The notes beneath the pieces were generated by a model. The model saw only the letters and a program-made list of their open reading frames with translations, was not told the DNA's origin and made no database searches. This document shows positions 25,753 to 39,885 of a stretch of 64,000 nt of DNA, piece after piece; within the stretch, counting starts at the first letter, position 1, and every line of letters starts with the position of its first letter. The stretch comes from Eledone cirrhosa. Lineage: Eukaryota. A program made the translations under genes and the position numbers. The stretch covers positions 97,960,001 to 98,024,000 of the forward strand of contig OZ024746.1 of NCBI GenBank assembly GCA_964016885.1, in the 5' to 3' direction.

Positions 25753-26489
25753 TTAAAAAAAGATGATATTATATACAAACTGAATTACGGTGAAATGAAA
25801 ACGATAAAGGAGAAAATTAGCGACGGAAATATAAACGTTATGATATAACGATGCAAATATATGAATGTTTATATAGGCGATATAATATAGAGACCATTAT
25901 ATCATAACCGAAAGTATTGACATCTGAGAATTTTAAAAGAACTGAATCTTGAAATAGGCAATAAAATTATTTATATTTAATCGAGAGTTACGAAATTTAG
26001 TACATAAAATATGGAATATTCATTCATTATTTAATCAAAGTAATCAAACTTATTTTACAAACGAGATAAAAAAAATATTCAGGACCCAGAACTCAGTAAG
26101 TATGTGTGTATGCAGATCAGTAGATGTGTGTGTATGTAACTAAAGTGTAACATACGTTAGAAATGGATTAAACACAAGCAAAATTATAAGATGACGAGTA
26201 AATGATTTTAACTTGTTTTTAACAATTGATGGTGGAAAAGATTTCAAATTGTCTTAACAATTGTCTTAACTTGGGCCGCAACTCATGGTGTCTCACACTT
26301 TTACCGGCTACATAGCCTGGAAGTCTATTTTACTAGGACCGGCTATATAGCCTCTTCTTTATTTTATTGACCCCGGAAGGATGAAAGACAAAGTTGACAT
26401 TGGTGAAATTTGAACTCAGTATTTAAAGAGTCAGAATAAATATTTTATGATATTTTATTCGATGGAGGCTCTACCGATACTGTCAATCT

Positions 26490-28370
26490 GCCAGTCCATA
26501 TCTAGCTATTATTAACTGAGAATGGAGCCGCGTCAATCATCCAGTCTATATCTAGTTAATATTAACTGAGATTGGAGAGGTGTCAATCCGTCAGTCCATA
26601 TCTAGCTATTAACTGAGATTAGAGCTGTGTCAAACCGTCAGTCCACATCTAGCTATTAACTGAGATTGGAGCTGTGTCAAATCGTCAGTCAATATCTAGC
26701 TATTAACTGAGATTGGAGCTGTGTCAAACCGTCAGTCCACATCTAGCTATTAACTGAGATTGGAGCTGTGTCAAACCGTCAGTCCATATCTAGCTATTAA
26801 CTGAGATTGGATCTGTGTCAAACCGTCAGTCCATATTTAGCTATTAACTGAGAATGGAGCCGTGTCAATACGTCAGTCCATATCTAGCTATTAACTAAGA
26901 TTGGAGCTGTGTCAAACCGTCAGTCCATATCTAGCTATTAACTGAGATTGGATCTGTGTCAAACCGTCAGTCCATATCTAGCTATTAACTGAGAATGGAG
27001 CCGTGTCAATACGTCAGTCCATATCTAGCTATTAACTGAGATTGGGGCTGTGTCAATCCGTCAGTCCATATCTAGCTATTAATTGAGAATGGAGCCGTGT
27101 CAATCCGTCAGTCCATATCTAGCTATTAACTGAGATTGGAGCTGTGTCAAACCGCCAGTCCATAGCTAGCTATTAACTGAGATTGGAGCTGTGTCAAACC
27201 GTCAGTTCACATCTAGCTATTAACTGAGATTGGAGCTGTGTCAAACCGTCAGTCCATATCTAGCTATTAACTGAGATTGGAGCTGTGTCAACTCGTCAGT
27301 CCATATCTAGCTATTAACTGTGATTGGAGCTGTGTCAAACCGTCAGTCCACATCTAGCTATTAACTGAGATTGGAGCTGTCAAACCGTCAGTCCACATCT
27401 AGCTATTAACTGAGATTGGAGCTGTGTCAAACCGTCAGGCCATATCTAGCTATTAACTGAGATTGGATATGTGTCAAACCGTCAGTCCACATCTAGCTAT
27501 TAACTGAGATTCGAGCTGTGTCAAACCGTCAGGCCATATCTAGCTATTAACTGAGATTGGAGCTGTGTCAAACCGTCAGTCCATATCTAGCTATTAACTA
27601 AGATTGGAGCTGTGTCAAACCGTCAGTCCATAGCTAGCTATTAACTAAGATTGGATCTGTGTCAAACCGTCAGTCCACATCTAGCTATTAACTGAGATTG
27701 GAGCTGTGTCAAACCGTCAGGCCATATCTAGCTATTAACTAAGATTGGATCTGTGTCAAACCGTCAGTCCATATCTAGCTATTAACTGAGATTGGATCTG
27801 GTCAAACCGTCAGGCCATATCTAGTTATTAACTGAGATTGGATCTGTGTCAAACCGTCAGTCCACACATCTAGCTATTAACTGAGATTGGAGCTGTGTCA
27901 AACCGTCAGTCCTTATCTAGCTATTAACTAAGATTGGAGCTGTGTCAACTCGTCAGTCCATATCTAGCTATTAACTGAGATTGGTGCTGTGTCAATCCGT
28001 CAGTCCACATCTAGCTATTAACTGAGATTGGAGCTGTGTCAAACCGTCAGTCCACATCTAGCTAGCTATTAACTAAGATTGGAGCTGTGTCAAACCGTCA
28101 GTCCATAGCTAGCTATTAACTGAGATTGGATCTGTGTCAAACCGTCAGTCCACATCTAGCTATTAACTGAGATTGGAGCTGTGTCAAACCGTCAGTCCAT
28201 ATCTAGCTATTAACTGAGATTGGAGCTGTGTCAACTCGTCAGTCCATATCTAGCTATTAACTGAGATTGGAGCTGTGTCAAACCGTCAGTCCACATATAG
28301 CTATTAACTAAGATTGGAGCTGTGTCAAACCGTCAGTCCACATCTAGTTATTAACTAAGATTGGAGCCGT
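26490..28370. repeat. 47-bp satellite array, ~40 copies
   Basis: Unit GTCAGTCCATATCTAGCTATTAACTGAGATTGGAGCTGTGTCAAACC, head-to-tail without spacers; begins at the 5' end of a minus-strand SINE. Confidence 0.95.
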
Positions 28371-28757
28371 TTAAAACAGATCAAATTGCAAAGAATTCTA
28401 TAATAACCAAACCCAAGATAACGAAAAATATCAATAATTTTGGTCCGGTGTAGTGCCGGATTTAGAAATGGTAAGACTGTATGTGAAGACACGTGTTCTC
28501 ATGGTTAGGATGTTAGACTCACACTCATAAAGGCGTGGGTTCTATTCCTGGGCAGGGCAGCATATTATGTTCTTGATCATGACGTTTTATTTCATGTTGC
28601 CCTTCATCATAGAACTGTAGTCTATATTATTAAAACACCCGATAAACATCCAATGAAACGAAACCTTGTAGGAAGCCTGTTAAGCCTGCATATATGTGAG
28701 CTGTCATTTTCATTCTTATTTATGTCAATGATTCAACCAGGGGTGGAATTTCAAGTA

Positions 28758-29095
28758 CAGGGTAGTCCGAAAGTCTTGTCACTCCTTGTCACGTGTTGTT
28801 TAAACTTTCATTTTTTGTTTTAATAATATAATATATAATATCATTAATTATAATATATAATAATAATAATATCATTTTCTATTTCAGAGCTTCTACAGTT
28901 TGGAAGAGAGGCTGCTTGCAAGTGTATGGACACATGATCGTGTATATTCTGGCAAGAGCATGGAGGATGTGCGACATGACTTCACTGCAAGACTCGGCAA
29001 ACCAGCTCCTCCGAAGAGGACGATACTGCGATGGGAACATAAACTGTTTCTCATTACATTTTCGTAGGGGGTGACAAGACTTTCGGACCACCCTG
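28758..29095 (+). mobile_element. Internally deleted Tc1/mariner element
   Basis: TIRs CAGGGT(A/G)GTCCGAAAGTCTTGTCAC(T/C)CC, TA TSD, and a transposase N-terminal remnant ERLLASVWTHDR...FTARLGKPAPPKRTILRWEHKLF. Confidence 0.85.
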
Positions 29096-30465
29096 TATTA
29101 ATATTGCTGTATCTTGGAGGGGGTTAATTTCAGCGGGGGATGGGGATCCGTGATAAAAATTAGTTAAATAAAAGTGGTTCTTTGTAGCGAAAATATTGGG
29201 AAGCAAGGCTCTCTCCTGTAAATTCATTACTGGCAGTTGTTAAAGAGAAAAAGGGTTAAGTAAAAGCTCAACTAGTAGAAATGTTTTTACGATGCATAGG
29301 AAACTGTGCGGAGAGATGCTGGGAAGTGTTACCTCCTTATGAATTTAAATATTGCTAATTGCATGTAAAAATTAATAAATTAACAGCAAATGTCATGAAA
29401 ATACAATAAACAACCCCATCATAAATATAAAAATATCCACCTAAATAACAAAACATGTTTAAACAAATCCAGAGTTGATAATTAGCAGAATTATAAAATA
29501 ACGAACTCGTACAAATATGTGTAAAGAACTTTACTAATTAATCAGTGATATTCTTGTTAAATATAATAATTGGATTAATGATTAAATGTAAAACGAATAA
29601 AATTACAACGAATGAAATAAATTTGAAAATATCGAGAAGCTCCTATTAGATTATGAGTCCTAAATCTGGGGCTTCTTAAACGTTTTACGTGGAACGTAAT
29701 TAAATTTATATTCACCCCTCGATCTAATTAATCGAACACAAAATTACACACCACAATTTTTTCTTCTTCGCCCACTTATTACTGAGAGGGTCCTTGGAGA
29801 AGAGTTCTCAAACACTCCTTTCAGCGGCTCCTGTCAGAAGCAACCGTCTCCAACTGATCCCCATGCGAGACCAGCCAAGCTCGGGGTCTACCCCTGGGTC
29901 ACCTGCCAGTTTGTTTTGTCCATAAAATTGTTTTGTCCATAAAATCAGCGATTCTTTCCTGAGACATTCTGAACACATGCTCATAGTATCGGAGCTGTGA
30001 TATCTCATTTTCAAATCAGAAACCGTCCTATTATATATATATAATGTTTTAGAGAAGAGCTGTGATCTCTCAATTCGGAGAAGTAACGGCTCTCCCTGGA
30101 ATGACTTTCTGATCTCCGAGTTACGCACTTTTTCAAGTAATGTTACTCCACAACTAAGTTACCAGTGTTTAATACAACTTACAAGAGAAAAGAATTAGTA
30201 AACTATAAAAACAAACATACCTTTAGTGCTTGATTTGGATATTGTACACCTAGTATTCTGCTAGGTGTACGATATCTGGCAGCTATACATGATCCAGTGA
30301 TTTTTGTTAATAAATGAAAACTAATAAACCCACACCGTAGACCACTAAGCTTTCTTCAGGGTCTGTATGGGCGACATTTATAAGGCCTACTCTAAGATAT
30401 AGTTTATTTAGCCTATTCTAAAGCTAGTCGTGGAGAGGTGAACCATTGCTCTACTTAAACAAACA

Positions 30466-30625
30466 GAATGAAATGGCTCTTCCAGCGCATCTCCTTTACC
30501 ATCCTCCGGGGAAACACCTTCTCCATTCTGTCCACCGGGGCCACGGAGCGGCCAGCACGTGGACCCCCATTTGCTTATAATAGTAAGATTGGAGAGAGCG
30601 GGAGAGACGGAGTTAGTGACAGTGG
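30466..30625 (+). mobile_element. Short CRE 3'-end copy (others at ~31975-32080 -, 47190-47470 -, 48435-48520 -, 54510-54620 +)
   Basis: WLFQRISFTILRGNTFSILS followed by the shared tail CCAGCACGTGG.CCCCATTTGCTTATAATAGT...GAGAGACGGAG. Confidence 0.75.
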
Positions 30626-32997
30626 GTGTTTGGTTCCATCGTGTTCGGACCTGGTGTATATGTATATATTTACTTACCACACCAATACTTATAGTTGTTA
30701 TAGTCACTTCACTAATCCACTGTAAACTTAAGTAACCCCTGTTGCTTATTCGTTGGATGAACTCACTTATTTCGCAGCTGACCCCTATCATTAATGGTCA
30801 CTTTACTGTCTGCTACATGTTGAGGCATTCTATAGCAGAAATTAACTACCATAAATAGTTCAACTCCTGCCTCATTGTATTAGGAGACATTATCAGGAAT
30901 GGAAAGACAAATGGAAACATGGTTCCTAAATTCAATCTGATAATCGACTTCTTTTCTGTTTGTTTAAAGTATAGTAGAAGTTCACCTCTCCACTTTTAGA
31001 TTTAGAATAGGATAAAAAAAAACTATATCTTAGAGCAGGTCTTCTAGAAGTCATCCATACAGACGCCTAGATGGGAAGAAAGCTTTGTGGTTAACGAGGA
31101 GGAGGAATTTATCACTGGATCCTGTAGACTAGCTGTCAGATTTCGTAGCTAGTCCCTATCATTAAGGGTTACTTGTTGAGGCGCTCTGTAGCAGAAGTTA
31201 ACTAATACAAATAGTCAGCATAAAATGACATGATTAGAAAACATTATTTCTGATGACATGAGGAAATAAATACTCAATTTATCTAGGAAAATATCTGGCA
31301 TATTAAGAAATAGCTAATACATGGGAATGTGTATGGCAGCTTTTACACATCTTCGATGAATCACTGCTATAATATAACGAATTATAAAATATATACTTTC
31401 ATCGTAAAAGAGCCTAGCGTTATCTACGAAGTATCTTATACAAGCAAAATAAACATGACTCAATGTCTTCATGTTGTGATAGTATCTTTTTATTTAAACA
31501 TTGGAATACTATGTAATGAGCTATGAGATGTATAATATGAAGTCAGCAAAAATGAGCAGAAAATTACAGGAATATTCAGATAAGATCAGAAATATCGTCA
31601 ACATGAATTTCTACTTTTCAATATCTCCCATATAGGCGGTGGATTGGCAGATTCATTAGGGCGACGAGAATGATTTTCTTCCGGCACTGAGCACTGAATT
31701 CAAATCTCTTTACCTTTCACATTTCTTCCGGGGTTAATAAATTAAATTCCACACCAATACAGTTAAAAAAATTAATTTGTAGAAATAAAGCGATCAGTGA
31801 GGGTGAAAAGGATAGAAAACCAAAAGCGGAAAAAATGAAGGTGGGAGAAGACACGAGTACCCAGTAAATTAATGAACTTCTGTGTATATAAGAGAATTAA
31901 ATCTATAGATAATGAACACAACCACAAGGATATGGTCCGAACGTGGAAGAGCCGAACTCCCACTATTATCGCCTCCATCTCTCTCACCCTCCCCATCTCT
32001 CTGTATGATAAGCAAATGGGATCCCACGTGCTGGCCTCCCCACAGTCCAGGCGGACAGAATGGAGAACGCGTTTCCACGGAGCACCCAATTACACGTGTT
32101 GGAGTTTCCTCTGATAATTATGACACGTATACAATTTCTTATAATGGAGAATACGAGTCTTTGTCAACAATGGGTATGAAATTGACGTATTTCTTCTTCT
32201 TCTTCTTCTTCTTCTCCTCCCTCCTCACTCGCTGGACGGCGACTATTGTTATAGTTGGAGAGGGTTGGTCGTTGCCTAATCTAATGCTCCACAAGCGCTA
32301 CATGTCTCGGTGACATCTCTCCGGTTATTATATATGCCACAAGAGCGGTGGATTAACAGTACCGGTAGAACGTCGGAGGCCATGCTTTGCAGCATAGAGT
32401 TCCGGCCCTTTACGATCATGTATACGATTTTAAGATCATACACAGGAGATAGTAAACCTTGTGATTTATATACCTCTGAATGTTTGGAAATATTGCTCGC
32501 CAAACGACCGCTACTGCAAAGATTTTTTAAACGCTGTTCTTCATGCGTATCTAAGACCACAGCCACACATATAAACACTTCAAACTGTCCATCTACTCTC
32601 ATCGTTAACTCATATATTTGACATTGGCAGTATCGGTAGAGGGTCGGATGTCCTGCTTTTCAGCATAGAGTCACGGCCCTTTATGGTATGAGTTCAAATC
32701 CCACCGAAGTTAACTTTGCCTTTCATCCTTACGAGGTCGATAAAAATAAAGTACCAGTAATGTACTGGGGACGATTTAATCGACTTTCCCCTCCCGCCAA
32801 ATTGCTGACCTTCTGCCTATACTAGAAATCATTATAAGTACCACACTGAAGGACGCTGAAAAGAAGAACACAGATAATCAACCAATCCAGCACCTAAAAT
32901 TAACGGTGCACAATATTTTATGTTGTAGATTACACAACTAAATATCTGTGAGAAAGTAAACTATTGATGAAGTAAAAAACTTGCTTAACCTTATATA

Positions 32998-33470
32998 TCT
33001 GTATTTATATAAAATTAAGTATGTGTCTGTGTGTCTGTGTATTACCTATAGGGGCCTACATCTTACGACCGATTTTCATGAAACTTTACAGGCTCATTGA
33101 TTAGTCATCGGGGAGTGTTTTCTATATATCAGCGTATCGTTTTTTTTTTTTATTCCGGGGTCATTCTGCAGATAAAAATCGATAGGGGCGTCACCTTTTT
33201 TTAGGTATCGAAAAATAAGATTTTGGGCTCTAGCTCCCACATTTTGCCACCGATTTCGTTCAAATTTTAAAGCAAAATAGAATTTATCATTGCACATCCT
33301 GTAATGGCTTTATATTTTGTATTTGTTGTTCAGGGACGACGTGGCAGCCGCTTAAATATTCAAAAATACCACTTTTAGACTCAATTTCCACTTTTTCGGC
33401 TCTAGCTCCCGCATTAATCAACGTACTTTGTTCAAATTTTACACTACGCTAGATCTGATTATTATCTTGA
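32998..33470 (+). mobile_element. Helitron-like 5' fragment
   Basis: TCTGTATTTATATAAAATT..GTGTCTGTGTGTCTG...ACCGATTTTCATGAAACTTT, resembling the 5' part of the 3226-4029 element; no CTAG end found. Confidence 0.45.
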
Positions 33471-35007
33471 AATATGAAGCATAGAGATCTGAGTTCAAAT
33501 CCCGCCGAGGTAAACTTTGCCTTTCATCCTTACGGGGTCAATAAAATAAAGTACCAGTAACACACTGGGTAATTGCTGGCCTTGTGCCAAAAGTAGAAAC
33601 AATTATTGCTATTATTATATGTATAATGTTTTGCCTTACCTTAAACATTGTATATCGTTTTTATATAGTAAATTAATCTCATGATGTGACTCAGTATCCT
33701 AAGTTCAGATTTAGAATGGTCATTGTATAACTAGAAATTTCTGAATTTGCGGTTTAAAATATCTTTTGGCTTTCAAAGCACTTAGATAATATAAATGATC
33801 ACATAAGTTGTACGGATCATCTTCCTTTGTTTACATTCTTCGTAAATAATTTTCGTTCTATCCAAATGGATTAATAATGTATATTTAACATAATTTATAC
33901 AGTTTAATGATATATGAAAAATCCTTAAAGGGAAACTACATATATTAAGATGTAGTTACAGAAGTAAAATCAAAATAATAATACTTTAAAGAGTAAATAT
34001 AACTACTTATTAATCCTGTAAGTAAATGACAACTAATGAATTGAACTGTTTTTATAATGAAAAAAGAATAATTCAGATAATAATTCTAAACATTATATAA
34101 AATGCATATACTGATGGTGATATGCGCATAAGTTGTGGTAAATATCCTTATACATATTTAATAGGTATATAAACTTGCTTTATAGATAAAAATGTTTTTT
34201 GAATTTTGTAACAAAATATTTAATAAATATATTAATTAAACTATGCTTCTGATTATTATAGAAAATATTTTTATATTGTTTAATTTTTATATAATATAAT
34301 TTGATATATATATTGGTATAATTAGCTTAAACATAACCAAATACAAAAGATATTAAAAATATTTCATGGTATATTTAATTGGTCGCTTCTATTTGACTTA
34401 ATATTTGAAAACAACGGTCACGCATCATGTCTCATTCTTCCTTCTTTCTTTTTCTTTCTTTCTCTCTTTCTTTCCTTTTTGCAGTTACGTCTTCTCTCTT
34501 CTATCTCTCTCTCTCCTTCTTCTCTTTTCTCTTCTTTCTTCTCTTCTATCTCTTTCTCTTTCTTCCCTAACACGGATATTTACGCATTTAAATATTTATG
34601 TATGTGTTTATTCATTTCTTCTTGCATTTTCTCATACTCAGCCCCTCCTTATACCCACATCTCGCTCCACATCCTCTTCTTCATCATATTTAAGTTTATC
34701 ATGTTATTATTTGTGGTATATAAGTGTTGAGATTTGTTGTAATAAATCACTGCCAATACTGGAATTGAACCATCAGTACAGTTGAGGTATGTCACAGCAA
34801 ATCATGTATTTTATCAGACGAGGACGTACTGAAAAAACAGCACAGTACCTCCGAAATATATATAATAAAACATATATTTTGATTATGTGAATGTCTTCAT
34901 TTATTAATATTTGAATAATATATATATATATATATATATATCCAGCGAATTTTCAATCGTCAAGGTTGTTTTCCATGGTTATGTCACTATTTATAAAACA
35001 CATTTTG

Positions 35008-35072
35008 TATTTTATCTGATGAAAGCGCATCAAGATTGGCTTGGTCGCCCTTGAAATATATATAATAAAATA
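35008..35072 (+). ncRNA. Minimal hammerhead motif (family of 1225-1288)
   Basis: TATTTTAT-CTGATGA-aagcgcatcaag...cttggtcgccctt-GAAA-TATATA-TA-ATAAAATA. Confidence 0.7.
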
Positions 35073-35114
35073 ATTATGGTTTTATAAATATAGTTTCCAT
35101 TTATTAATATAGTG

Positions 35115-35216
<102 letters not shown>

Positions 35217-35276
35217 GAAATGGCTTTTCTAGGACTAGAACTGTTTCATTCGGGGGAAATCATCAGGAAGCCCATC

Positions 35277-35325
35277 GCTTCCTGATGATTTCTCCCGAAT
35301 GAAACAGTTCTAGTCCTGTAGAAGC
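35277..35325 (+). ncRNA. Hammerhead motif within a 123-bp palindrome (35213-35335)
   Basis: GCTTC-CTGATGA-tTTCtcccGAAt-GAAA-CAGttctagtcCTG-TA-GAAGC; an inverted copy lies immediately to the left. Confidence 0.75.
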
Positions 35326-37031
35326 CATTTCTATATTAAATATTTATACTCTGCTATGTATTGAATGCCTTACTTACTATCGTTACCCCCGATTGAACTC
35401 GTGATAAACATATATATATGAAACGCAATAGATATTCATCAGTAATTGTACATATGTTAGAACGAAAATCATTAAAATCTGGTATAGATTTATATGTCGT
35501 GTAATTCCTGAACAACCTTGAACAACTAACATTATCCGGTGTTTTTCCAAAACTACTTAGGTTCGTACAATAAGTGAATGAGAAGTGACCTTTAAGACTT
35601 AAGTATTCTTCTTAACAATTGAGAATGATGTCTAGTTAAGAATGTTATCAAATATAGAGAACTTCTGTATCCAACTCAGCTTTTATTATATTTGAATAAG
35701 CTTCCAGTTTAGCAATATTTGCATAATAATAAGTACATACAATAAGTAACCTGCCTAATGGATACTGCCTAATAGTGATGGCTTAGTGGTTAGAACATTG
35801 GGCTTGCAATCGAAAGGTTGTGAGTTCGATTCTCGGACCGAGTGATGTGTTGTTTCCTTGAGACACTTTATTTCACGTTGCTCCAGTTTACTCAGCTGTA
35901 GAAATGAGCTGCGATCCTGCCAAATCAATGGGTGGCAGTAGTTCTAGCTGCACACATCGAAAGACTGGTGTAGTGGTTCTGAGAACAATGCAGCTTTGCA
36001 GATGATCAATGTAAATTGACAATGGAAAGGTGCTCCCACTCGAGGTAGAAGAGAACTATTGACCTTCAGGAGAAGCAGCGACACCTGATTGTATTCAGCA
36101 ACCGAAACAAATATGAAGTACACCAAATCCAATACTCTTAGGGGCGGTCCTGGTTCTTATGGGCGAGTGTAAAGTCGGCCAGATTAGATTAATGGATACG
36201 GAAAATATGAGAAAATGTTATATTTCGCTTGATGATACTGCGAACGATCTTAACTTATGTATGCTGATACTTCGAAAGGATCTCCGCCTGTTTTAATAAG
36301 TGTTCGTATCGTCTGATCATCGGCACGAACTGCTCCTGAAATTAATGTGTAAGTAACTAATCATTCCACAGACACGTGTACCCTTAACGTAGATCTAAGA
36401 GAGATTCATTGTCACACGGTGTATGACAAGAGTGGCCCTTTGAATTACAGGTGCAGCCTATCCGACGGGTTTTCCAACAGTTTATGTCAATCCAATATGA
36501 CTCATCAGGCTTGATTCTACTTGATACTATGTTAACTGACATTTGCCCAAGAAGCCACGCTGTGAGATCATATCCAGATACAATGATTGTGAAGTGAACA
36601 AGTTAAATATTATATACTCAATAAAGGACAGTAAAGAAAACTATCTGGACAGTCCTCCCACGTCGGATATTGTTCGTCTAAGAATCATGCACATTGCGGG
36701 ACATTGTTACAGGGCAAACAAAACAAAAACGAGTGCGTCAGCCGTGTTCTTTTATGAAAGCCTGCACACGGTCATAGAAGAAGAGGTTGTCCTGCAACAA
36801 CGAATCTAGATATGATATATCCTGGCACAGGAGGAAATTTAACGGATCTTGGAGTGGTAATACTGGATCGAGACAAATGGAAAGAATACTGTTCATTTTA
36901 TCGTGAGTGAGTAAGTGAGAAAGGCCAGTGCTGTTATTAAGGCCAACTGAGCAGACCCCTATGTCACAGAACTCAGAGAGTCGCATTACTGAATCTCAAA
37001 GGATCACAGTTTTAAACAAATTTGTGTAATT

Positions 37032-37308
37032 ATATTGTTATATTTGGGGAGGGTCATGTTGTCCTAATATTGCCAAAAAATACACACACACTGTTTGGTT
37101 CCGTTTTCGCTTCAATGTATTTTTATATTTCTAAAAATAATTTAGCTGGCAATCAATGTTTATCATTGATTGACCAACAGTTAAAATTATGAATATAATT
37201 TCTCAAACTTCTTTCGTCACACATTCTGTGACATTTTCAGTGATTATATCTGTGTTTCCTACCATTGTGTTTCTATAACAACATGACCCTCACCAAATAT
37301 AACAATAT
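37032..37308. mobile_element. Element with ~30-bp terminal inverted repeats, derived from the 3' end of the 61.7-62.6 kb Penelope-like family
   Basis: ATATTGTTATATTTGGGGAGGGTCATGTTG ... CAACATGACCCTCACCAAATATAACAATAT. The internal TTCTTTCGTCACACATTCTGTGAC is shared with 61876-61899. Confidence 0.65.
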
Positions 37309-37769
37309 CTGTTTCAACACACGATTTCATACCAAAAACCTTGCAAAACCAAGACATCGCTGCATAATTCTAATAGATATATCATTTCCTGCGGTCAATA
37401 AATACATGAACCACTCAGCGCCTTTGCTTTCATTGAAGCGTTGTGAAAATATCCAAAGTGGTGGAGAGGGTCGTATAGTGTGGTGACATATCACATAATT
37501 TATCGTGGGTGGATGTTAACTGTGTAGTAGAAAATACTGGCTTAGTAATGTTGTTAGTGTGGTCAGAGCAAGTAGTGTCAAAAGCTTGATTCGTTAACTT
37601 ATGAAACTTGAAATTATTTTATTTCGAGAATGTGACGCATAACTGAGTGAATGAAGCCCAAATTGTTGGGTGAGTCAATGATGGCTAAATCCTCAGGTGC
37701 TGACTCAGTACCATCCAACTCAGATTTTATTCGATTTGAATTGATTTCCAGATTAGCGATAATTATATG

Positions 37770-38200
37770 AATGAATGGCGAATTCTTCGCTTGCGAAGAT
37801 CAATGGGAAGAATTGTTGTCCTGTTCCGTGTTGTGGCACACCCTGAGGTGGCTGTAGAAGCCAGTCCTGGACCTGCAGGCTCTCTGGTACAGTTGGGGTA
37901 GGTGTACATTTGGTCAGTTGGTGATTGGGTGGTGGACAGCTTTGTTCTTTGATATTTGTCTTCATCCTGCCCTCTTCAAAGCTGGCTGCAGCTGTTTTGA
38001 TGGTGATAAATATTGCCTTGGATCAGCTGGCACTTAAATTGGTTTTGATGCTTCAGTTGGTCCTTAAAGCGTGTTCGGGGGGGGGGGGCTTTGATTTCGT
38101 TGCTTGAGTTGGTCCTTGAAGCGTGTTCGGTGGGCCCTTTGGTTTCGATGCTTGAGGTGGTCCTTGAAGCGTATTCGGGGGACCCCTTCTTTTCGATAAT
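37770..38200 (-). mobile_element. RTE-like LINE 3' end with C-terminal zinc-finger remnant and local ~49-bp duplications
   Basis: Minus strand: P..RFKDQLK (repeated) ... CRSRTGFYSHLRVCH, ending in a (CATT)n-like tail. Confidence 0.6.
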
Positions 38201-39684
38201 TGTATACACTATGTCTATTCAATGAGAAAACTTGTTATCTGGATCAGAAGTGTTGAATATAAAGCATCTAAAATAGAGAATTGATGGCTGTTATACACGA
38301 ATGTTACACATGTAAAGTAGAATCTCACCAGCAGAGAATGTTATCAGTATCTTCCACCAGTAACAAAAAAGATAAGGCAGGGGTGAAAGAAACTTGCAGG
38401 TCATTGTATTCGTTACCGCGAGGAAATATGAAGTGACCTTGTTCGGTGGGAACCATCAAATTGATACACATACACGTACAGGAGTAGAAAGGAATGACAT
38501 TACATTGCTACCCTGCTAGAAGATACTGGAGTGGATATTGATAGAGTGAAAACACTCAGAACACTGATGAAACTCGTAGATAGAGAGCTTTAGAAGACAA
38601 ATGTAAAGACAGATGGGTTACATGGCCTTCAGCATAGATACACTTTTATTAATCATACCAGCTGTCAGTTTGTCGTTTCCTTACAACATAGCTTAATGCA
38701 ATATTACTCTACAGCTCTACAGTATAATTAGTTTCTTGATTTTACGAGACAGAGCTTACTTTGTTCAACAAATTATAACATACAACAGATGTTGATAGCT
38801 TCTGGTAATTTTAGCCCCAACAAAGCCCGAACCACGGCTGAAGTTGTTCATCGTTTTTTTTTAAATCTACAGAGAAATGCATAAATTAGAGATGTTTATA
38901 TGTTTACTCTCGGGTCTCGAATAATTGACCCCCACCGCTTATTAATTTTTCACATTTTTCCACCCCTCCCCCCTGCTCCTATTCCATCACCTCCCCACTT
39001 ATTAATCTTTCTGACCCACCCACCCCGTCCCTCAAACTTCCTCCTCCCCGCTTATTAAATTTTGCTAATCTATCTCCAGCGAAATGTTATTTTAAGTGCT
39101 AGCATTCCCGCGACAATTCATTTTCTTTATACATTAAAAAAACAATTGTGAGGCTGTGAGTTCGATTCTCGAATCGGGCTTTGCGTTATGTTCTTGAGCA
39201 AGACACTTTACTTTATTTCACGTTGCTCAGCTGTAGAAATGAGTTGTGACATCACTAGTGCCAAGCCGTATCAGCCGTTGCTTTTCCCTTGGACATCATC
39301 GGTGGTGTGGCGAGGGGAGGCTGGTATGTATAGGTGACTGCTGGTTTATCAAAAACAAGCCTACACGGACTTTTCCTCGGAGGGGAACTTTCTAGGTGCC
39401 AATCCCATGGTCATTCATGACCGAAGGGGATCTTTAACCCTGGTGGAAGTGGTTGTAGTTGTTGTGGCACCTCTTCCACCTGGGGACTGGGGATACAGAC
39501 CTTTCTCCTGGAAGATATTTTCTTCTCCAGTTGTTTCATATATCCGGACAGAATTGCTGCTTTCGTATTATCTGCTAGTGTACAAATTATACAAATTTAT
39601 ATAAAACTATGATACTTTAAGGTTCTGTAATATGCGTCTTCGAGGTCTACGTCTTAAAGGGCTGCATTGTTGACTTTAATAATA

Positions 39685-39885
39685 GAGCCGCTCTTGTCAT
39701 CGAGACCGCAGGCGTACTTGGACCCTGTACAGTCTCAAGCTCCTACGTAAGATCGGATCATTGGCGGCCCGTCTGAGGAAGGAGCCCCGCGAGGTTGGGT
39801 GGCTGTTTCAGCGGATGTCGCTGGCCATTGTCCACGGCAATGCTTTTGCGGTCTCGTCCGCGGGTCGCACCCCTTTACCGCTGCG
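39685..39885 (+). mobile_element. CRE-clade 3' fragment, second subfamily
   Basis: LVIETAGVLGP / KLLRKIGSLAARLRKEPREVGWLFQRMSLAIVHGNAFAVSS. Confidence 0.7.

Noticed and set aside
26490-28370. CRISPR-like regular array (also 45654-46486 and 51825-53392)
   Set aside because: Units are head-to-tail with no unique spacers, there are no cas genes, and the context is eukaryotic; these are satellites.
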